Of a stretch of 64,000 nt of DNA, positions 1-10,487 are shown in pieces. Position numbers and translations under genes: made by a program. The notes under the pieces are model-generated. The model had not been told where the DNA came from, searched no databases, and worked only from the letters and a program-made list of their open reading frames with translations. Numbering within the stretch: position 1 is the first letter of the stretch; each line of letters starts with the position of its first letter. The stretch comes from Candidatus Freyarchaeum deiterrae (GTDB lineage: Archaea; Asgardarchaeota; Jordiarchaeia; Jordiarchaeales; Jordiarchaeaceae), in contig CP147778.1 of NCBI GenBank assembly GCA_037305845.1, forward strand, positions 1,952,001-2,016,000. Direction: 5' to 3'.

Positions 1-436
1 GTTTCATTATTTCTGTTTGGAATAGCAACTCTTCTTTGGTTTTGGCGCCAATAATAACAGTTGCCTCTTTTCTCTCCTCCGCTAGTAGCCTAATTAAGGG
101 CAGAAGGGTGGCCACCGCAACACCGCCTCCAACCACTAGTGTCTTTTGTCCAGTGATCGTAAAACCGTTTCCAAATGGTCCTTTGATTCCTATTTCATCA
201 CCTTTCTTTAGATGGACTAGGGCCTCCGTTGCTCCTCCTACCCGTTTAACCGTTATTCCCGGAGGTTCTGTGCTGGATACACTCATAGGAATTTCATCGA
301 TTCCCGGAATCCAAATCATTAAAAATTGCCCGGGTCTCGCTTTCGAGGATTCATCATCAAGAAAAGACAGGCTCCTAATAGTTGGTGTTTCCCGTTTTGC
401 ATCAATAATTCTCACAATGCGAGACTTGTTAATCAA
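1..436 (-). CDS. pyrK: Dihydroorotate dehydrogenase electron transfer subunit (partial; runs off window start)
   Basis: Not in ORF track. Manual translation from TTG at 436, overlapping the pyrD stop: LINKSRIVRIIDAKRETPTIRSL...PGQFLMIWIPGIDEIPMSVS...GIKGPFGNGF...VVGGGVAVA. FNR-family motifs, adjacent to pyrD. Confidence 0.9.
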   Translation of the reverse strand, partial: MINKSRIVRIIDAKRETPTIRSLSFLDDESSKARPGQFLMIWIPGIDEIPMSVSSTEPPGITVKRVGGATEALVHLKKGDEIGIKGPFGNGFTITGQKTLVVGGGVAVATLLPLIRLLAEERKEATVIIGAKTKEELLFQTEIMK

Positions 437-1347
437 TTTCCACCCTCCTCATGCGCAATACCTACTATCTCCTTTATATTTTGATACCCTTTTTCTTCAA
501 GGTATTTCTCTATTCCCGCGGATATTTCTTGAAAAATTTGAAGCCCATTAACCACCCCGGTTCCTATTTGAACTGCCGTCGCGCCTGCTAATATGTATTC
601 TACAGCATGACTCCAGTGAAAAATTCCCCCCGCCGCAACAATCGGTATCTTTACATTCTGGTAAATCTCGTAAACACAGCGTACCGCGATGGGTCTTAAA
701 GCTTCACCTGATAATCCGCCTATCTTGTTTGACAGTACTGGTTTACATGTATTGATGTCTATCGCCATTGCCCGTACAGTGTTTATTGCCGTAATTCCAT
801 CCGCTCCCACCTTCTCCGCTTCTTCGGCTATTTCCACAATATCAGTGACATTAGGATTTAGCTTTATAAAAACTGGAATCTTCACCGCCTTCTTAACCTC
901 TTTAACTGTTTCACTTACAAGTTCACAACTTTGACCAATGGTGGCAATCTCAGCATGCGGACAAGAAACATTAAGTTCAACAGCATCCGCTCCAGCCTTC
1001 TCCATTTCCGATGCTACATACCCAAACTCTGAGGAAGTGCCTCCGAATACACTCGCAATAACTGGTACACCTCCCCCTTTGGCTATTTTTAATTCTTTTA
1101 CAAAGGACTTCACACCCGGGTTGGGCAATCCCATTGCATTTAAGTACGAGTTTTTAAACACCTCCACTAAACAGGGATTCTCAAAGCCACCTTTAGGTTC
1201 TGGCCCAACAGACTTAGTGACTACTGCTCCAGCTCCCTCTTTTGCGACTCTTAGGAGAAGTTTTCCAGAGATTCCCATTATTCCTGACGCGAGCATGGTT
1301 GGATTGCGTAGTTTTAGCTTTGACAAACTTACGGAAATATCTACCAA
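433..1347 (-). CDS. pyrD: Dihydroorotate dehydrogenase family 1B catalytic subunit
   Basis: LASG, VVTKS, NAMGLPNPG, ELNVSCPH, GGLSG motifs. TTG start after GGGAGG (ORF extends to 1365). Confidence 0.95.
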   Translation of the reverse strand: MVDISVSLSKLKLRNPTMLASGIMGISGKLLLRVAKEGAGAVVTKSVGPEPKGGFENPCLVEVFKNSYLNAMGLPNPGVKSFVKELKIAKGGGVPVIASVFGGTSSEFGYVASEMEKAGADAVELNVSCPHAEIATIGQSCELVSETVKEVKKAVKIPVFIKLNPNVTDIVEIAEEAEKVGADGITAINTVRAMAIDINTCKPVLSNKIGGLSGEALRPIAVRCVYEIYQNVKIPIVAAGGIFHWSHAVEYILAGATAVQIGTGVVNGLQIFQEISAGIEKYLEEKGYQNIKEIVGIAHEEGGN

Positions 1348-1487
1348 TGTTACGCCTCCCTTCATAAATTCAACAACGTTCTTAAGGAAGCAATCTTAAT
1401 TTCTTTTGATACTTGAATTTCCTATACTCAATAAAAAATGGTTGTTATGGGTTAAAAGTTTTTCAATAGGCGTGGAAGGGAATAATA

Positions 1488-2732
1488 ATGAAGGTCTACA
1501 TTACGGAAAGTGCTTTTGGCACATTTGCACTGGATCAGGATGGAAACATACTAACCTTCTCTCTCTTTGCCAAAAATGCTTCAGAAGCAGCAAAAAAAAT
1601 TATACAGTTGCAAGAAGGCGCGGTAATAGAAGAGTTGGAAACTCTCATTATTGCGTTCAAGGGTCAAGACGTAACCTACATTTTAGAGGATGAACTACTT
1701 GCAAGGAATCTAAGAGACAAACTTGACGTGAAAATTGAATTTGAGAAGCCCTCAGGCGTCGCGAAGATGTTTAGAAAAAATCTTTTGGACTATATTAATA
1801 GGACGGGAAGTGAAATATCTGAAAGCGAGTTTAACGAGTTTATCTGGAATGTAAATACCAATCTAACCCGAATGAAGATTAAGGAAGCGGGGGAAAAGCG
1901 TGATAAGATGATAGTGCAAGCGGTATTCTCTCTGGATGATATTGATAATAGTCTTAACCTGTTCTCAACACGGGTTCGGGAATGGTATAGTTTGCATTTT
2001 CCTGAATTCGATAAAATTGTGCCAAGTCATCCCACTTTTGTGCAAATCGTAAGTGAGTTAGGTTTGAGATCAAATTTTACAACTGAAAAATTGGAGAATT
2101 TACCAAAAATTTCAAATGAAATGGCTGAGAAACTGGTAAGGGAAGCGGGTAAATCAATGGGCGCAGAAATTCCAGAGTATGATATTGGAATCGTGAGAGA
2201 ATTCGCTGGAGAAACGTTTAGATTGTTTGAGTTAAGGCGAGAGATTGAAAGATATGTTTCCGAAGTAATGAAAGAAGTCGCACCCAACGTCGACGGTATA
2301 ATCGGGCCTCTTTTGGGGGCTCGTTTAATAAGTTTAGCAGGCGGAATTAACGAATTGGCTCGTCTTCCGTCGAGCATAACACAAATTCTAGGAGCAGAAA
2401 AAGCGCTTTTCCGCAGTAAAAAAACCGGAGCCCCCCCACCAAAACATGGAATAATATTCCGGCACACCGAAATTAATACGGCTCCTTGGTGGCAAAGAGG
2501 CAAAATTTCGAGAGTCTACGCGGGCAAGCTTGCGATTGCTGCGCGGATTGATGCTTTTTCTGGGGAATACGTCGCCGAGCAATTGAAAGGAGACATTAAC
2601 CGAAGAATCGCACAAATAAAATCGAAGTATCCTAATCCTCCAGCCCATAAACCCCAACAATTCGTACCCAGAGGAAGGAGAAAGGGTAGAGTTGGTGGTA
2701 GTAAAATAAAAGGCAAAAAACAAGGTAGGTAA
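1488..2732 (+). CDS. nop5: Box C/D sRNP protein Nop5 (Nop56/58)
   Basis: REWYSLHFPE, QILGAEKALF, PPKHGIIF, basic tail; upstream of fibrillarin. Confidence 0.95.
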   Translation: MKVYITESAFGTFALDQDGNILTFSLFAKNASEAAKKIIQLQEGAVIEELETLIIAFKGQDVTYILEDELLARNLRDKLDVKIEFEKPSGVAKMFRKNLLDYINRTGSEISESEFNEFIWNVNTNLTRMKIKEAGEKRDKMIVQAVFSLDDIDNSLNLFSTRVREWYSLHFPEFDKIVPSHPTFVQIVSELGLRSNFTTEKLENLPKISNEMAEKLVREAGKSMGAEIPEYDIGIVREFAGETFRLFELRREIERYVSEVMKEVAPNVDGIIGPLLGARLISLAGGINELARLPSSITQILGAEKALFRSKKTGAPPPKHGIIFRHTEINTAPWWQRGKISRVYAGKLAIAARIDAFSGEYVAEQLKGDINRRIAQIKSKYPNPPAHKPQQFVPRGRRKGRVGGSKIKGKKQGR

Positions 2733-2736
2733 AAGG

Positions 2737-3432
2737 GTGAAAGAATTGATTGTAGAACCTCACGATAAATTCAAAGGCGTATTTCTAGCCACAGGTGATG
2801 ATGGCGTCAAGCGACTTGCCACACGAAATATTTCACCAGGATTTCAGGTTTACGGAGAGAAACTAGTCACCTATGAGGGAAAGGAGTATCGTTTGTGGGA
2901 ACCTTACAGAAGTAAATTAGCCGCTTCGATACTTAAAAAGATTGAAGAAATGCCCATAGAAGAAGGAGAAAAGATACTATATTTAGGTTCAGCTTCTGGA
3001 ACAACCGCCAGCCATGTGGCAGATATTGTTGGAAAAGACGGAATTGTTTTCTGTGTAGAGTTTTCACCTCGTGTAATGAGAGAACTGGTCAGAGTATGTG
3101 AAATAAAGAAAAATATGATTCCCATACTTGCAGACGCTAGATTTCCGGAGAAGTATAGGATGCTTGTTGAGCAGGTTGATACCGTTTATAGTGATGTAGC
3201 TCAACCTGAGCAAGCCAAACTTCTTGCGGATAATTCTGAAATGTTTTTGAAGAGTGGCGGTTATACTATGCTAGCGATAAAGGCGCAGAGTATAGACGTG
3301 ACGAAGGAACCCAGCGAGGTTTTTAAAGAGGAAACCCAAGTTCTCAGCAAGAGAGGGTTCGAAATAGTACAGGTTATTAACCTAGAACCCTTTGACAAGG
3401 CTCACGCTATGGTTTTAGCAAAGTTCAAATAG
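2737..3432 (+). CDS. flpA: Fibrillarin-like rRNA/tRNA 2'-O-methyltransferase
   Basis: VYGEK, RSKLAA, LYLGSASGTTASHVAD, DVAQPEQA. Confidence 0.96.
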   Translation: MKELIVEPHDKFKGVFLATGDDGVKRLATRNISPGFQVYGEKLVTYEGKEYRLWEPYRSKLAASILKKIEEMPIEEGEKILYLGSASGTTASHVADIVGKDGIVFCVEFSPRVMRELVRVCEIKKNMIPILADARFPEKYRMLVEQVDTVYSDVAQPEQAKLLADNSEMFLKSGGYTMLAIKAQSIDVTKEPSEVFKEETQVLSKRGFEIVQVINLEPFDKAHAMVLAKFK

Positions 3433-3515
3433 ACTTCTCCAATTGTAAGTAAAAAGGACACACTGTCTTCATCATGGAATTTGAGATAGGTTTTAGACTC
3501 GTGGGTTGCGGTCTT

Positions 3516-3989
3516 ATGCGTAGTGACAATTTTACAAAGATATGGGTGAGAGAAATAGAAAAGCTAAATGATCATTTACCGAGGAATTATAAAACTCTGG
3601 AATTCCTTTTAGAGTCTAAGGACCCCTATGTTTTAACAATGGATGGAGACAGAATTGTTTTTAAAAGAGAAGAATTGCAATCTCTGGCCAAGATAGTGCC
3701 TAAGAAGTATCACGGTAAGCTTCAATTACCAATAGTTTTTATCAGAAGAATCGATATGGGTGAAGGTGTTTTCAGTATTAGTGGGGGAAAAATAGAGAAG
3801 GGGATTGTAATGAAATTGCTGGGTTTAATCGACAACCCCTTTTCGGAAGACGAAAGCGCTTTTTTACCATACATCTATCGTTATCAGGTGTTAGAAATAA
3901 GGAGAAAAATCAGGTCGCTGACAACTATAGGATTTGCAACTACTAAACTCAATTTTAAGAATGCGGATTTTGGGGACAAATTGGATTGA
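3516..3989 (+). CDS. DUF61/UPF0216 family protein
   Basis: EIEKLNDHLP...L..LL, LPIV, Y+YR-type tail; usual position after flpA. ORF extends upstream to 3474. Confidence 0.75.
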   Translation: MRSDNFTKIWVREIEKLNDHLPRNYKTLEFLLESKDPYVLTMDGDRIVFKREELQSLAKIVPKKYHGKLQLPIVFIRRIDMGEGVFSISGGKIEKGIVMKLLGLIDNPFSEDESAFLPYIYRYQVLEIRRKIRSLTTIGFATTKLNFKNADFGDKLD

Positions 3990-4185
3990 GTTATCTAGCA
4001 TTCTTTTAATTTTATACTATTTCTTACATCAAGATTGGCTTTTCATTTTTATACCATCCAGTTTTTCACTTTTCGGAACTTTTTTATATACCTTGGCTTT
4101 TTTGTTAAAGCCAATAAAAAGTCCTTAAAAACAATTAAATGTATATAGTGATTAGAATAATTATAACACTCTTATATCTGAGGCA

Positions 4186-5166
4186 TTGAATTTGGTTCCT
4201 GATCGCCGCGATGCAGTTAGAAGAATTACAGATATTTTATTGAAAGCGGATTTTAGCGTGGTCGAAAATAGTGATTTTCGCTCTAGTTGCTTTGACATAG
4301 TGGCGCGGAAGGGATTAAATCTACTTCTTTTAAAAGTACATGAAAACGTTGATGCGGTCAACGAGGAAACCAGTAAAGAGCTCAAAATTCTCTCAAGTAT
4401 GCTTCTCGCATCCCCCATAATTATTGGTAACAGAACAAGAAAAGAAACTGTACAAAACGGTTTAGTATATGAGCGGCAGGGTCTTCCAGCGGTTAGTTCT
4501 GAAACCTTTGAAAGATTTATTAATCAAAGTGTTCTCCCTCTGGTATTTGCCAGAAGAGGAGGACTGTATGTTAAAATAAACGGAGAAATGTTGAGAAAAG
4601 AGAGAGAGAAGAAAGAAATGTCCTTCGGAGATTTAGCAAACAGTGTAGGAGTGTCACGACGAACCATTTATGAGTACGAGAGAGGAAATATGGACTCCAC
4701 ATTGGGAACCGCAATAAAGCTTGAAGAGGTGCTAGACCTTCCAATAGCAGTACCAATAAACATTATTTCATGGATGGTAAAAGAGGAAGAGATTCCAGAG
4801 CAGGAAGCTGAAGACGAATTGCAGGAGGAAATTCGCCAAACTCTTTGTGAGCTAGGGCTAAAGGTGGTTTTTGCAAGAAAAGCCCCATTTGACGCTTTAA
4901 CTGCAGATCAAAATGATCAACAAAAGGTTGTAATTACAGGACTAGGCTATGCTCGAGAGAAGGGAATCGAACAGAGAATAACCTCTGTGGAGAAAGTTTC
5001 TCAGGTAGCCAAAAAATTCGCTATGTTTGTTATTGATAAGGACAAAATTAAAAAAATTTCATCTGAAGTTCCAGTTATAATCAAAGAAGAACTTCAAGCA
5101 ATCGAGGAACCTGAAGAACTGTTTAAACTGATATATGAAAAGTACGGTCTCAGAGATAAAAACTAA
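4186..5166 (+). CDS. Archaeal HTH transcriptional regulator (COG1395 type, central Cro/C1 HTH)
   Basis: CFDIVAR, ARRGGLYVKI, LA..VGVSRRTIYEYERG. Confidence 0.85.
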   Translation: MNLVPDRRDAVRRITDILLKADFSVVENSDFRSSCFDIVARKGLNLLLLKVHENVDAVNEETSKELKILSSMLLASPIIIGNRTRKETVQNGLVYERQGLPAVSSETFERFINQSVLPLVFARRGGLYVKINGEMLRKEREKKEMSFGDLANSVGVSRRTIYEYERGNMDSTLGTAIKLEEVLDLPIAVPINIISWMVKEEEIPEQEAEDELQEEIRQTLCELGLKVVFARKAPFDALTADQNDQQKVVITGLGYAREKGIEQRITSVEKVSQVAKKFAMFVIDKDKIKKISSEVPVIIKEELQAIEEPEELFKLIYEKYGLRDKN

Positions 5167-5167
5167 A

Positions 5168-5848
5168 CTATTTCTTGTTCTTACCGAAGTCGTCTAAAAG
5201 AGCTTGCCTCATCTCATTCAAAATGTTTCTTGCTGTTATCCATGAATGTCTGGCAAAGTTTGGAAGTTCACCATGCTCTCTAACCCACTCCTTCAAGAAA
5301 GAAATGGTTTTAGGATCATGGCAATAGCCTGAACCCACATTTCCAAATCTTTTCAACTCATTTACAAGTCTGTCACGTTCAACCTTTGCTAGAATAGAAG
5401 CTGCACCCACTACAAGGAAGTCGCGGTCAGCTTTGTGCTGAGAAATCAATTCTGTATCTACTACAAGATTATTCTTAATCTTTAGAGAGAATCTTTCTGG
5501 GTTAACATCTGCAGCATCAACATACGTTATGTCGGGGTTAAGCTGGTTTATTATTTCAGCAAAACAACGTACCTCCAGCTGGTTTAAATTTACACCAGAC
5601 GCTTTGGCATCATCGATTTCCCTTGCACTCACCGTCTTTACAGAAACCTTCACCGCCCTTTCCAATATAGCAATCGCAAGTCTTTCTCTGTTAGAGGGTT
5701 GAAGAAGCTTTGAGTCCTTTACTCCTAACTCAGCTAACCCTGGTATATCTTCCTCCTTGATGAGCACACCGGCAGAAACCATAGGGCCTAAAACAGGTCC
5801 CCTGCCTGCTTCGTCTACACCCGCAATAAGCATAGAGAGTTCTCTCAC
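5168..5848 (-). CDS. rnhB: Ribonuclease HII
   Basis: GVDEAGRGPVLGP, DSKLL, AASILAKVERD, GSGY; C-terminal PIP box QALLDDF. Confidence 0.96.
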   Translation of the reverse strand: MRELSMLIAGVDEAGRGPVLGPMVSAGVLIKEEDIPGLAELGVKDSKLLQPSNRERLAIAILERAVKVSVKTVSAREIDDAKASGVNLNQLEVRCFAEIINQLNPDITYVDAADVNPERFSLKIKNNLVVDTELISQHKADRDFLVVGAASILAKVERDRLVNELKRFGNVGSGYCHDPKTISFLKEWVREHGELPNFARHSWITARNILNEMRQALLDDFGKNKK

Positions 5849-5932
5849 TTTTTTTAATTAAACAATCTTTATGAGAAAGTTCATTACCTCCCATTTAAAC
5901 TATGTGGTTTGATTAGGTGGTGTTCATTCAAC

Positions 5933-7129
5933 TTGAGTAATTACAAGATACGTATCTATAATGAGGGCGGGGTCGAATTCTACGGGTACGGACCAGATCC
6001 CGAGGTGTACGCTGAAATTCCTAAGGCGTATAATCCCTCTAAGGCAGAGCCGGTTTTTTACAATCCTGTAATGAAATTAAATAGGGACATAGCGATATAT
6101 GCGGTACAGACTTACCAGCAGAAGACAAAAAGAAGCTTGAGAATCTGTGAACCTTTGGCTGGAAGTGGGGTACGCGGAATTCGTCTCGTAAAAGAAGTTG
6201 ACGGGATAGATAGTGTGATAATTAATGATGTTAACCCTAAGGCTTACGAGATTGAAAAAATGAACGTGGAACTACACAATTTACAGGAGAAGATTCAGGT
6301 TTTTAATGAGGACGCAAATCTTTTGCTTACTAAAAATGCTTCTTCTGGGAAAAGATTCGATGTTGTGGACGTAGACCCTTTCGGTTCTCCAACCTCTTTT
6401 CTCGACTCTGCCGTGAGAGCAGTACGCAGGGACAATGGTTTACTCTGCTTGACCGCTACGGATATGGCTCCACTTTGTGGGGTGCATGTAAAAGCTTGTA
6501 TTAGAAAGTATGGCGGAGTTCCCTTAAGAACCATGTACTGCCACGAGATCGCAGTAAGATTACTTATATCCAGCTCAGTTTTAACTGCGGCAAAGAGAGC
6601 GATAGCATTGACACCACTTCTCTCTTATTCCACCGATCATTATACCCGCGTCTATCTTAGAACCAGTCTCGGTGCAAAGAACACCGATGAATCTGTTAAA
6701 CAAGTGGGTTACATTATTCACTGTCCAAATTGTGAGAGCCGCCAACTAAAACCGGGAATAGCCACTCCCTTAACTGATATCTGTGGCACCTGTGGGGGTG
6801 ATATCAAGATTGCGGGTCCCTTGTGGTGTGGTAAAATTCAGTCTGGGGAGTTTGTTGCGCAAACACTGGAAAATGCTAAAGGAAAGGGCGATAACCGAAC
6901 CATAAAACTTCTTAGCACAATACTTGAGGAAGCGGATGCGCCAGCTACATACTATGATATACATCGCCTATGCGACCAGCATAACTTACCATGCCCCTCA
7001 ATGGACAGAGTTATCCGAATGCTGAGAGAGAAAGGTTATTTAGTAACACGTACACACTTCAACAATAATTCGATAAAAACAAATGCATCCATTTCAGAAA
7101 TATCCGGTATAATAAAACAAGCCCAGTAA
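5933..7129 (+). CDS. trm1: tRNA (guanine-26-N2)-dimethyltransferase
   Basis: VFYNPVM..NRD, AGSGVRGIR, DVDPFGSP, TATD, CxxC...CxxC, GPLW. Confidence 0.95.
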   Translation: MSNYKIRIYNEGGVEFYGYGPDPEVYAEIPKAYNPSKAEPVFYNPVMKLNRDIAIYAVQTYQQKTKRSLRICEPLAGSGVRGIRLVKEVDGIDSVIINDVNPKAYEIEKMNVELHNLQEKIQVFNEDANLLLTKNASSGKRFDVVDVDPFGSPTSFLDSAVRAVRRDNGLLCLTATDMAPLCGVHVKACIRKYGGVPLRTMYCHEIAVRLLISSSVLTAAKRAIALTPLLSYSTDHYTRVYLRTSLGAKNTDESVKQVGYIIHCPNCESRQLKPGIATPLTDICGTCGGDIKIAGPLWCGKIQSGEFVAQTLENAKGKGDNRTIKLLSTILEEADAPATYYDIHRLCDQHNLPCPSMDRVIRMLREKGYLVTRTHFNNNSIKTNASISEISGIIKQAQ

Positions 7130-7268
7130 TCCTGCATTATATCGGCAGCTCATTAGTAAAGATATGCTCATCAAAATATTAGGATAATAATTGAATACGC
7201 TTTTAAAAATTAAACACTCAAAGCAATAAGTAAAAATTCCAATAAATCAAATTTTGTGAGGAATCAAA

Positions 7269-7544
7269 TTGAAACACGAAAACAGTCGTCATAAAAAAAT
7301 AGAGAATCATAATCATGAACATGAGCACGAAAATAATAGCGGTCTATTTGGAACTGAACGACTGAAGGCTCTAATTTCCCACTGGATAGAACATAATACT
7401 GGCCATTTAGAGAAGATACGAGAGAATGCCGAACTCGCTGAAGAGGAGGGCGCAAGCGAAGTCGCCAAGCATCTAAATGATGCCGTAACTCATATGCAGA
7501 AAGCTATAGACTCTCTAGAATTAGCCCTGAAAACTATAACCTAA
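7269..7544 (+). CDS. Small His-rich helical putative metal-binding protein
   Basis: N-terminal HKKIENHNHEHEHEN followed by HWIEHNTGH helical hairpin. Confidence 0.65.
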   Translation: MKHENSRHKKIENHNHEHEHENNSGLFGTERLKALISHWIEHNTGHLEKIRENAELAEEEGASEVAKHLNDAVTHMQKAIDSLELALKTIT

Positions 7545-7629
7545 AAAAAGCCTTGTATAATTGCTGTATTTTAGAATAAAAATTGAGTTAGGCCCAATGA
7601 TATTTTTTATGGTCGCCTTTTAGGCGCTT

Positions 7630-8577
7630 TCAGATTTGCATGTCTATTTCTAGCCCTAATTTTTCTATAAGTTCTTTGTACCGGTTTCTGATGGTTACCT
7701 CAGTTACCCTTGCGGTTTCTGATATTTCTCTTTGAGTTCGCCTTTCATTCATCAAGATACTAGAAATGTATACTACAGCTGCCGCTATGCTGATGGGTCC
7801 TCTTCCCGATGTGAGTCCTTTCTCGTATGCTTTTTGCATTAATTCCATCGCTTTTTTCTGCGTGGATCCTGTTAGGTTTAGAGCGTTTGATAACTTTGGT
7901 ATATACTCCATTGGATTAACTGGCGGTATTTCGATTTTGAGTTCTCTGGCTATGAACCTATAGCTTCTTCCTATCTCCTTTTTTCCAACTCTGGAAATTT
8001 CGGCTATGTCATCCAGAGTTATAGGTATTTTGCATTTTCTACAAGCAGCATAAAGTGTCGCTGCTGTCACTCCCTCTATGGATCTCCCTCGTATTAATCT
8101 GCGTTCCATAGCCTTTCTGTACATTATTGCGGTTTCTTCCCGCGCATTTTGAGATAGTCCCAAGTGAGATGACATACGGTTTATTTCAGATAGAGCAAGG
8201 GCGAGGTTTCTTTCGTTGGATTCGGATACTCTTATTCTTCTCTGCCACTTTCTCAAGCGATAAATCTGCGCCCTTTTGGGTGGGGCGAGTTCCCTTCCGT
8301 AAATATCTTTGTTACGCCAATCAATCAATGTCGATAATCCCTTATCATGAATTGTAGAGGTAATCGGTCCTCCCACCCTCACTCTCTTCTTCCTTTCGTC
8401 TTGGTTAAAACTCCTCCACTCGGGTCCCGCGTCTATCAGGTGATCCTTAATGACAAGGCCACAATTTTTACAAATTAGTTCAGCCCTTTCATAGTCTCTT
8501 ATCAAAATACCGTTATTACATTCAGAACAATAAACTTTATTTTCTTCTCTCTCCTCGTGTTTTTCCAATTCCGCCAT
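7630..8577 (-). CDS. tfb: Transcription initiation factor IIB
   Basis: CxxC...CxxCG Zn ribbon, GPEWRSF, HDKGLST, two cyclin repeats, [13 protein letters not shown]. Confidence 0.97.
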   Translation of the reverse strand: MAELEKHEEREENKVYCSECNNGILIRDYERAELICKNCGLVIKDHLIDAGPEWRSFNQDERKKRVRVGGPITSTIHDKGLSTLIDWRNKDIYGRELAPPKRAQIYRLRKWQRRIRVSESNERNLALALSEINRMSSHLGLSQNAREETAIMYRKAMERRLIRGRSIEGVTAATLYAACRKCKIPITLDDIAEISRVGKKEIGRSYRFIARELKIEIPPVNPMEYIPKLSNALNLTGSTQKKAMELMQKAYEKGLTSGRGPISIAAAVVYISSILMNERRTQREISETARVTEVTIRNRYKELIEKLGLEIDMQI

Positions 8578-8603
8578 CACAACCACCAAGTTCTGATGAA
8601 GGT

Positions 8604-8870
8604 TTATTTCCTTCTTTTGGAAAATTTCCGTTTTTTATCGTCTACTAGTTCATATAGAACCTCGCCTACCAGTTTTTCGGCAATACCGCGCTCTACCTGA
8701 GGCTTGACAGATACATAAGGGGCTTTCACGGGTCCCAAAATGTCAAAAATCTCACCCACCTCTTTCATATCTTTGGTTACCACTATTGAGCCAATTTTCG
8801 GGGCGAAGTCTGCATGAATTATCAGGTCGCCATGTGCAGCCAGATGTAAGGGTTTGCCAAGCCTCCTCAA
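8604..8870 (-). CDS. gar1: H/ACA RNP component Gar1
   Basis: [20 protein letters not shown]; conserved synteny with tfb. Confidence 0.9.
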   Translation of the reverse strand: MRRLGKPLHLAAHGDLIIHADFAPKIGSIVVTKDMKEVGEIFDILGPVKAPYVSVKPQVERGIAEKLVGEVLYELVDDKKRKFSKRRK

Positions 8871-9066
8871 CTATTCTCCTCCAAGTCAAGAATTCGATAT
8901 TTTGGTCTTGGATTAGTGTGTTATAAACTTTATGCTTTGGTCATGTTCTAAATTATATATGCCTAATATATTTTAGGCCAAGCGAATAGAAAAGGTAAGT
9001 GTCAGTATGCCCGTGTCTATGCAAATAGAAACTGGGAAATCTTTAGCCAAAAAACAGAAAATAATT

Positions 9067-9381
9067 TTATTTTTTAAGTTCTCTTTCTTTTTTCCTTTCC
9101 CTCGCCTTGCTCAGTATTTTGGCTATATTCTTAACCACTTCATTTTTATTCAAATCTTCCTTAGTTAGGAGCAATCGGCCTTGTTTATTCCACCAGTTGC
9201 TCGGGTAAGCTGATTCAGGATCCATTTCGAAATTATACCCCAATCTTTTAGAAACCAAAGCAAGTTCCTCTACGGTAGGTGATGGAACAGAAAGTTTGAG
9301 AGGAACTCTACGCCCCTTTTCTCGAGTTAGTTTCGAGTCAAAGTATTCTGGATATAGTATTATCTTGTTTTTTTGCTTCAT
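9067..9381 (-). CDS. srp19: Signal recognition particle subunit SRP19
   Basis: ILYPEYFDSKLTREKGRRVP, AYP..W. Confidence 0.93.
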   Translation of the reverse strand: MKQKNKIILYPEYFDSKLTREKGRRVPLKLSVPSPTVEELALVSKRLGYNFEMDPESAYPSNWWNKQGRLLLTKEDLNKNEVVKNIAKILSKARERKKERELKK

Positions 9382-9506
9382 TTAGATCACCAGCGAAATC
9401 AGCCGGCAAGAATAACTTCTTAATCATGAACCATGAAGTTTATAGCGTATACTTCTCTGAGAATGTTTTTAAGTTTGCTGATTTTCAAGTTTTGTGGTGT
9501 TTATTA

Positions 9507-9908
9507 TTGCACGAATTATCCACTGCTGTTTCTATTGTTGAGACTGTAACAAAGGTTGCAGAAGCAAATAAAGTAAAAAAAGTCTTGGAGATTAACGTTG
9601 AGATTGGTCAGTTTACTTTCATAAATCCAGAAACGCTGAAATTTCTATTCAAAATTGCTTCAGATAACACCCCTCTAAAGAAGTCTAAACTAAACATTCA
9701 ACTTGTTCCAGGAAAACTCCACTGCAATGATTGCGGATATTCCGGCGACGCGGTTTCTGAGGAGGACCAAAAGAAAGCACATCTCCTCCCCCTTGTAGGA
9801 TTCACCGCCAAATGTCAAAAATGCAATAGCAGTAATACAGAAATAATTGGCGGCAGAGAACTAAACATAAAAAATATCAAAGCCGAGGTCGAGGAAGAAA
9901 GTCAGTAA
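9507..9908 (+). CDS. hypA: Hydrogenase maturation nickel metallochaperone HypA
   Basis: TTG start gives the Ni-binding MHELS N-terminus; two CxxC motifs; GRELNIKNI. Confidence 0.92.
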   Translation: MHELSTAVSIVETVTKVAEANKVKKVLEINVEIGQFTFINPETLKFLFKIASDNTPLKKSKLNIQLVPGKLHCNDCGYSGDAVSEEDQKKAHLLPLVGFTAKCQKCNSSNTEIIGGRELNIKNIKAEVEEESQ

Positions 9909-9969
9909 ATAACCATCTTAATCGAAAATGAATGTAATTTTAAAATTTTTACGTTACACTATTAAAATA

Positions 9970-10359
9970 CTATTCTTTGGATTCAATTAGAACTGCATTG
10001 ACCATTCCTGCCTGGCCTGGTCTACTTGTAACTCTCGCTTTTCCTGCTTCGGTGTCGATTATAGCTCCACGGGTTATTATTCCTCTTCTCGAGTAATCTA
10101 TGTTGGCTGGGTTTTTCTCTACATCAAGTATTTTCGTTTTTTGGGTTTTTCCAGATTTTGGATCAGTTACATTCGCGGATTCACAGACCATCATTCTTAT
10201 TTTTTGCGTATGCCCTCTGGTTCTAATAATCTTCTTATTCTCAGTGCCAAGTTGGGGTTTCGATTCTTCTCTTCCGAGTTCTCTTTTACGTTTTCTAGCA
10301 AATTGTTTCAGTCTCGCTCCAGTGGGTTTACGTTTGGATCTTGCTCGCCAATTAACCAT
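9970..10359 (-). CDS. rps8e: 30S ribosomal protein S8e
   Basis: RSKRKPTG, RKRELGR, RVTSRPGQ.G.VNAVL. Confidence 0.96.
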   Translation of the reverse strand: MVNWRARSKRKPTGARLKQFARKRKRELGREESKPQLGTENKKIIRTRGHTQKIRMMVCESANVTDPKSGKTQKTKILDVEKNPANIDYSRRGIITRGAIIDTEAGKARVTSRPGQAGMVNAVLIESKE

Positions 10360-10487
10360 ATCTAAATCACCAGAACTTTAAGCTAAACCATTGAACTACG
10401 CTTTTCTTATTAACTTTTTCTATCCAAGAGTTTTATGAGAAATAATATAAGCTTTTCCGAGTTAATGGGCATCTGGAGGAGTTTTTT

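Noticed and set aside
36-551. 171-aa + strand ORF
   Set aside because: Antisense to pyrK/pyrD, which have clear motifs
8871-9066. SRP RNA next to srp19
   Set aside because: Too short and AT-rich; no helix 8 motif
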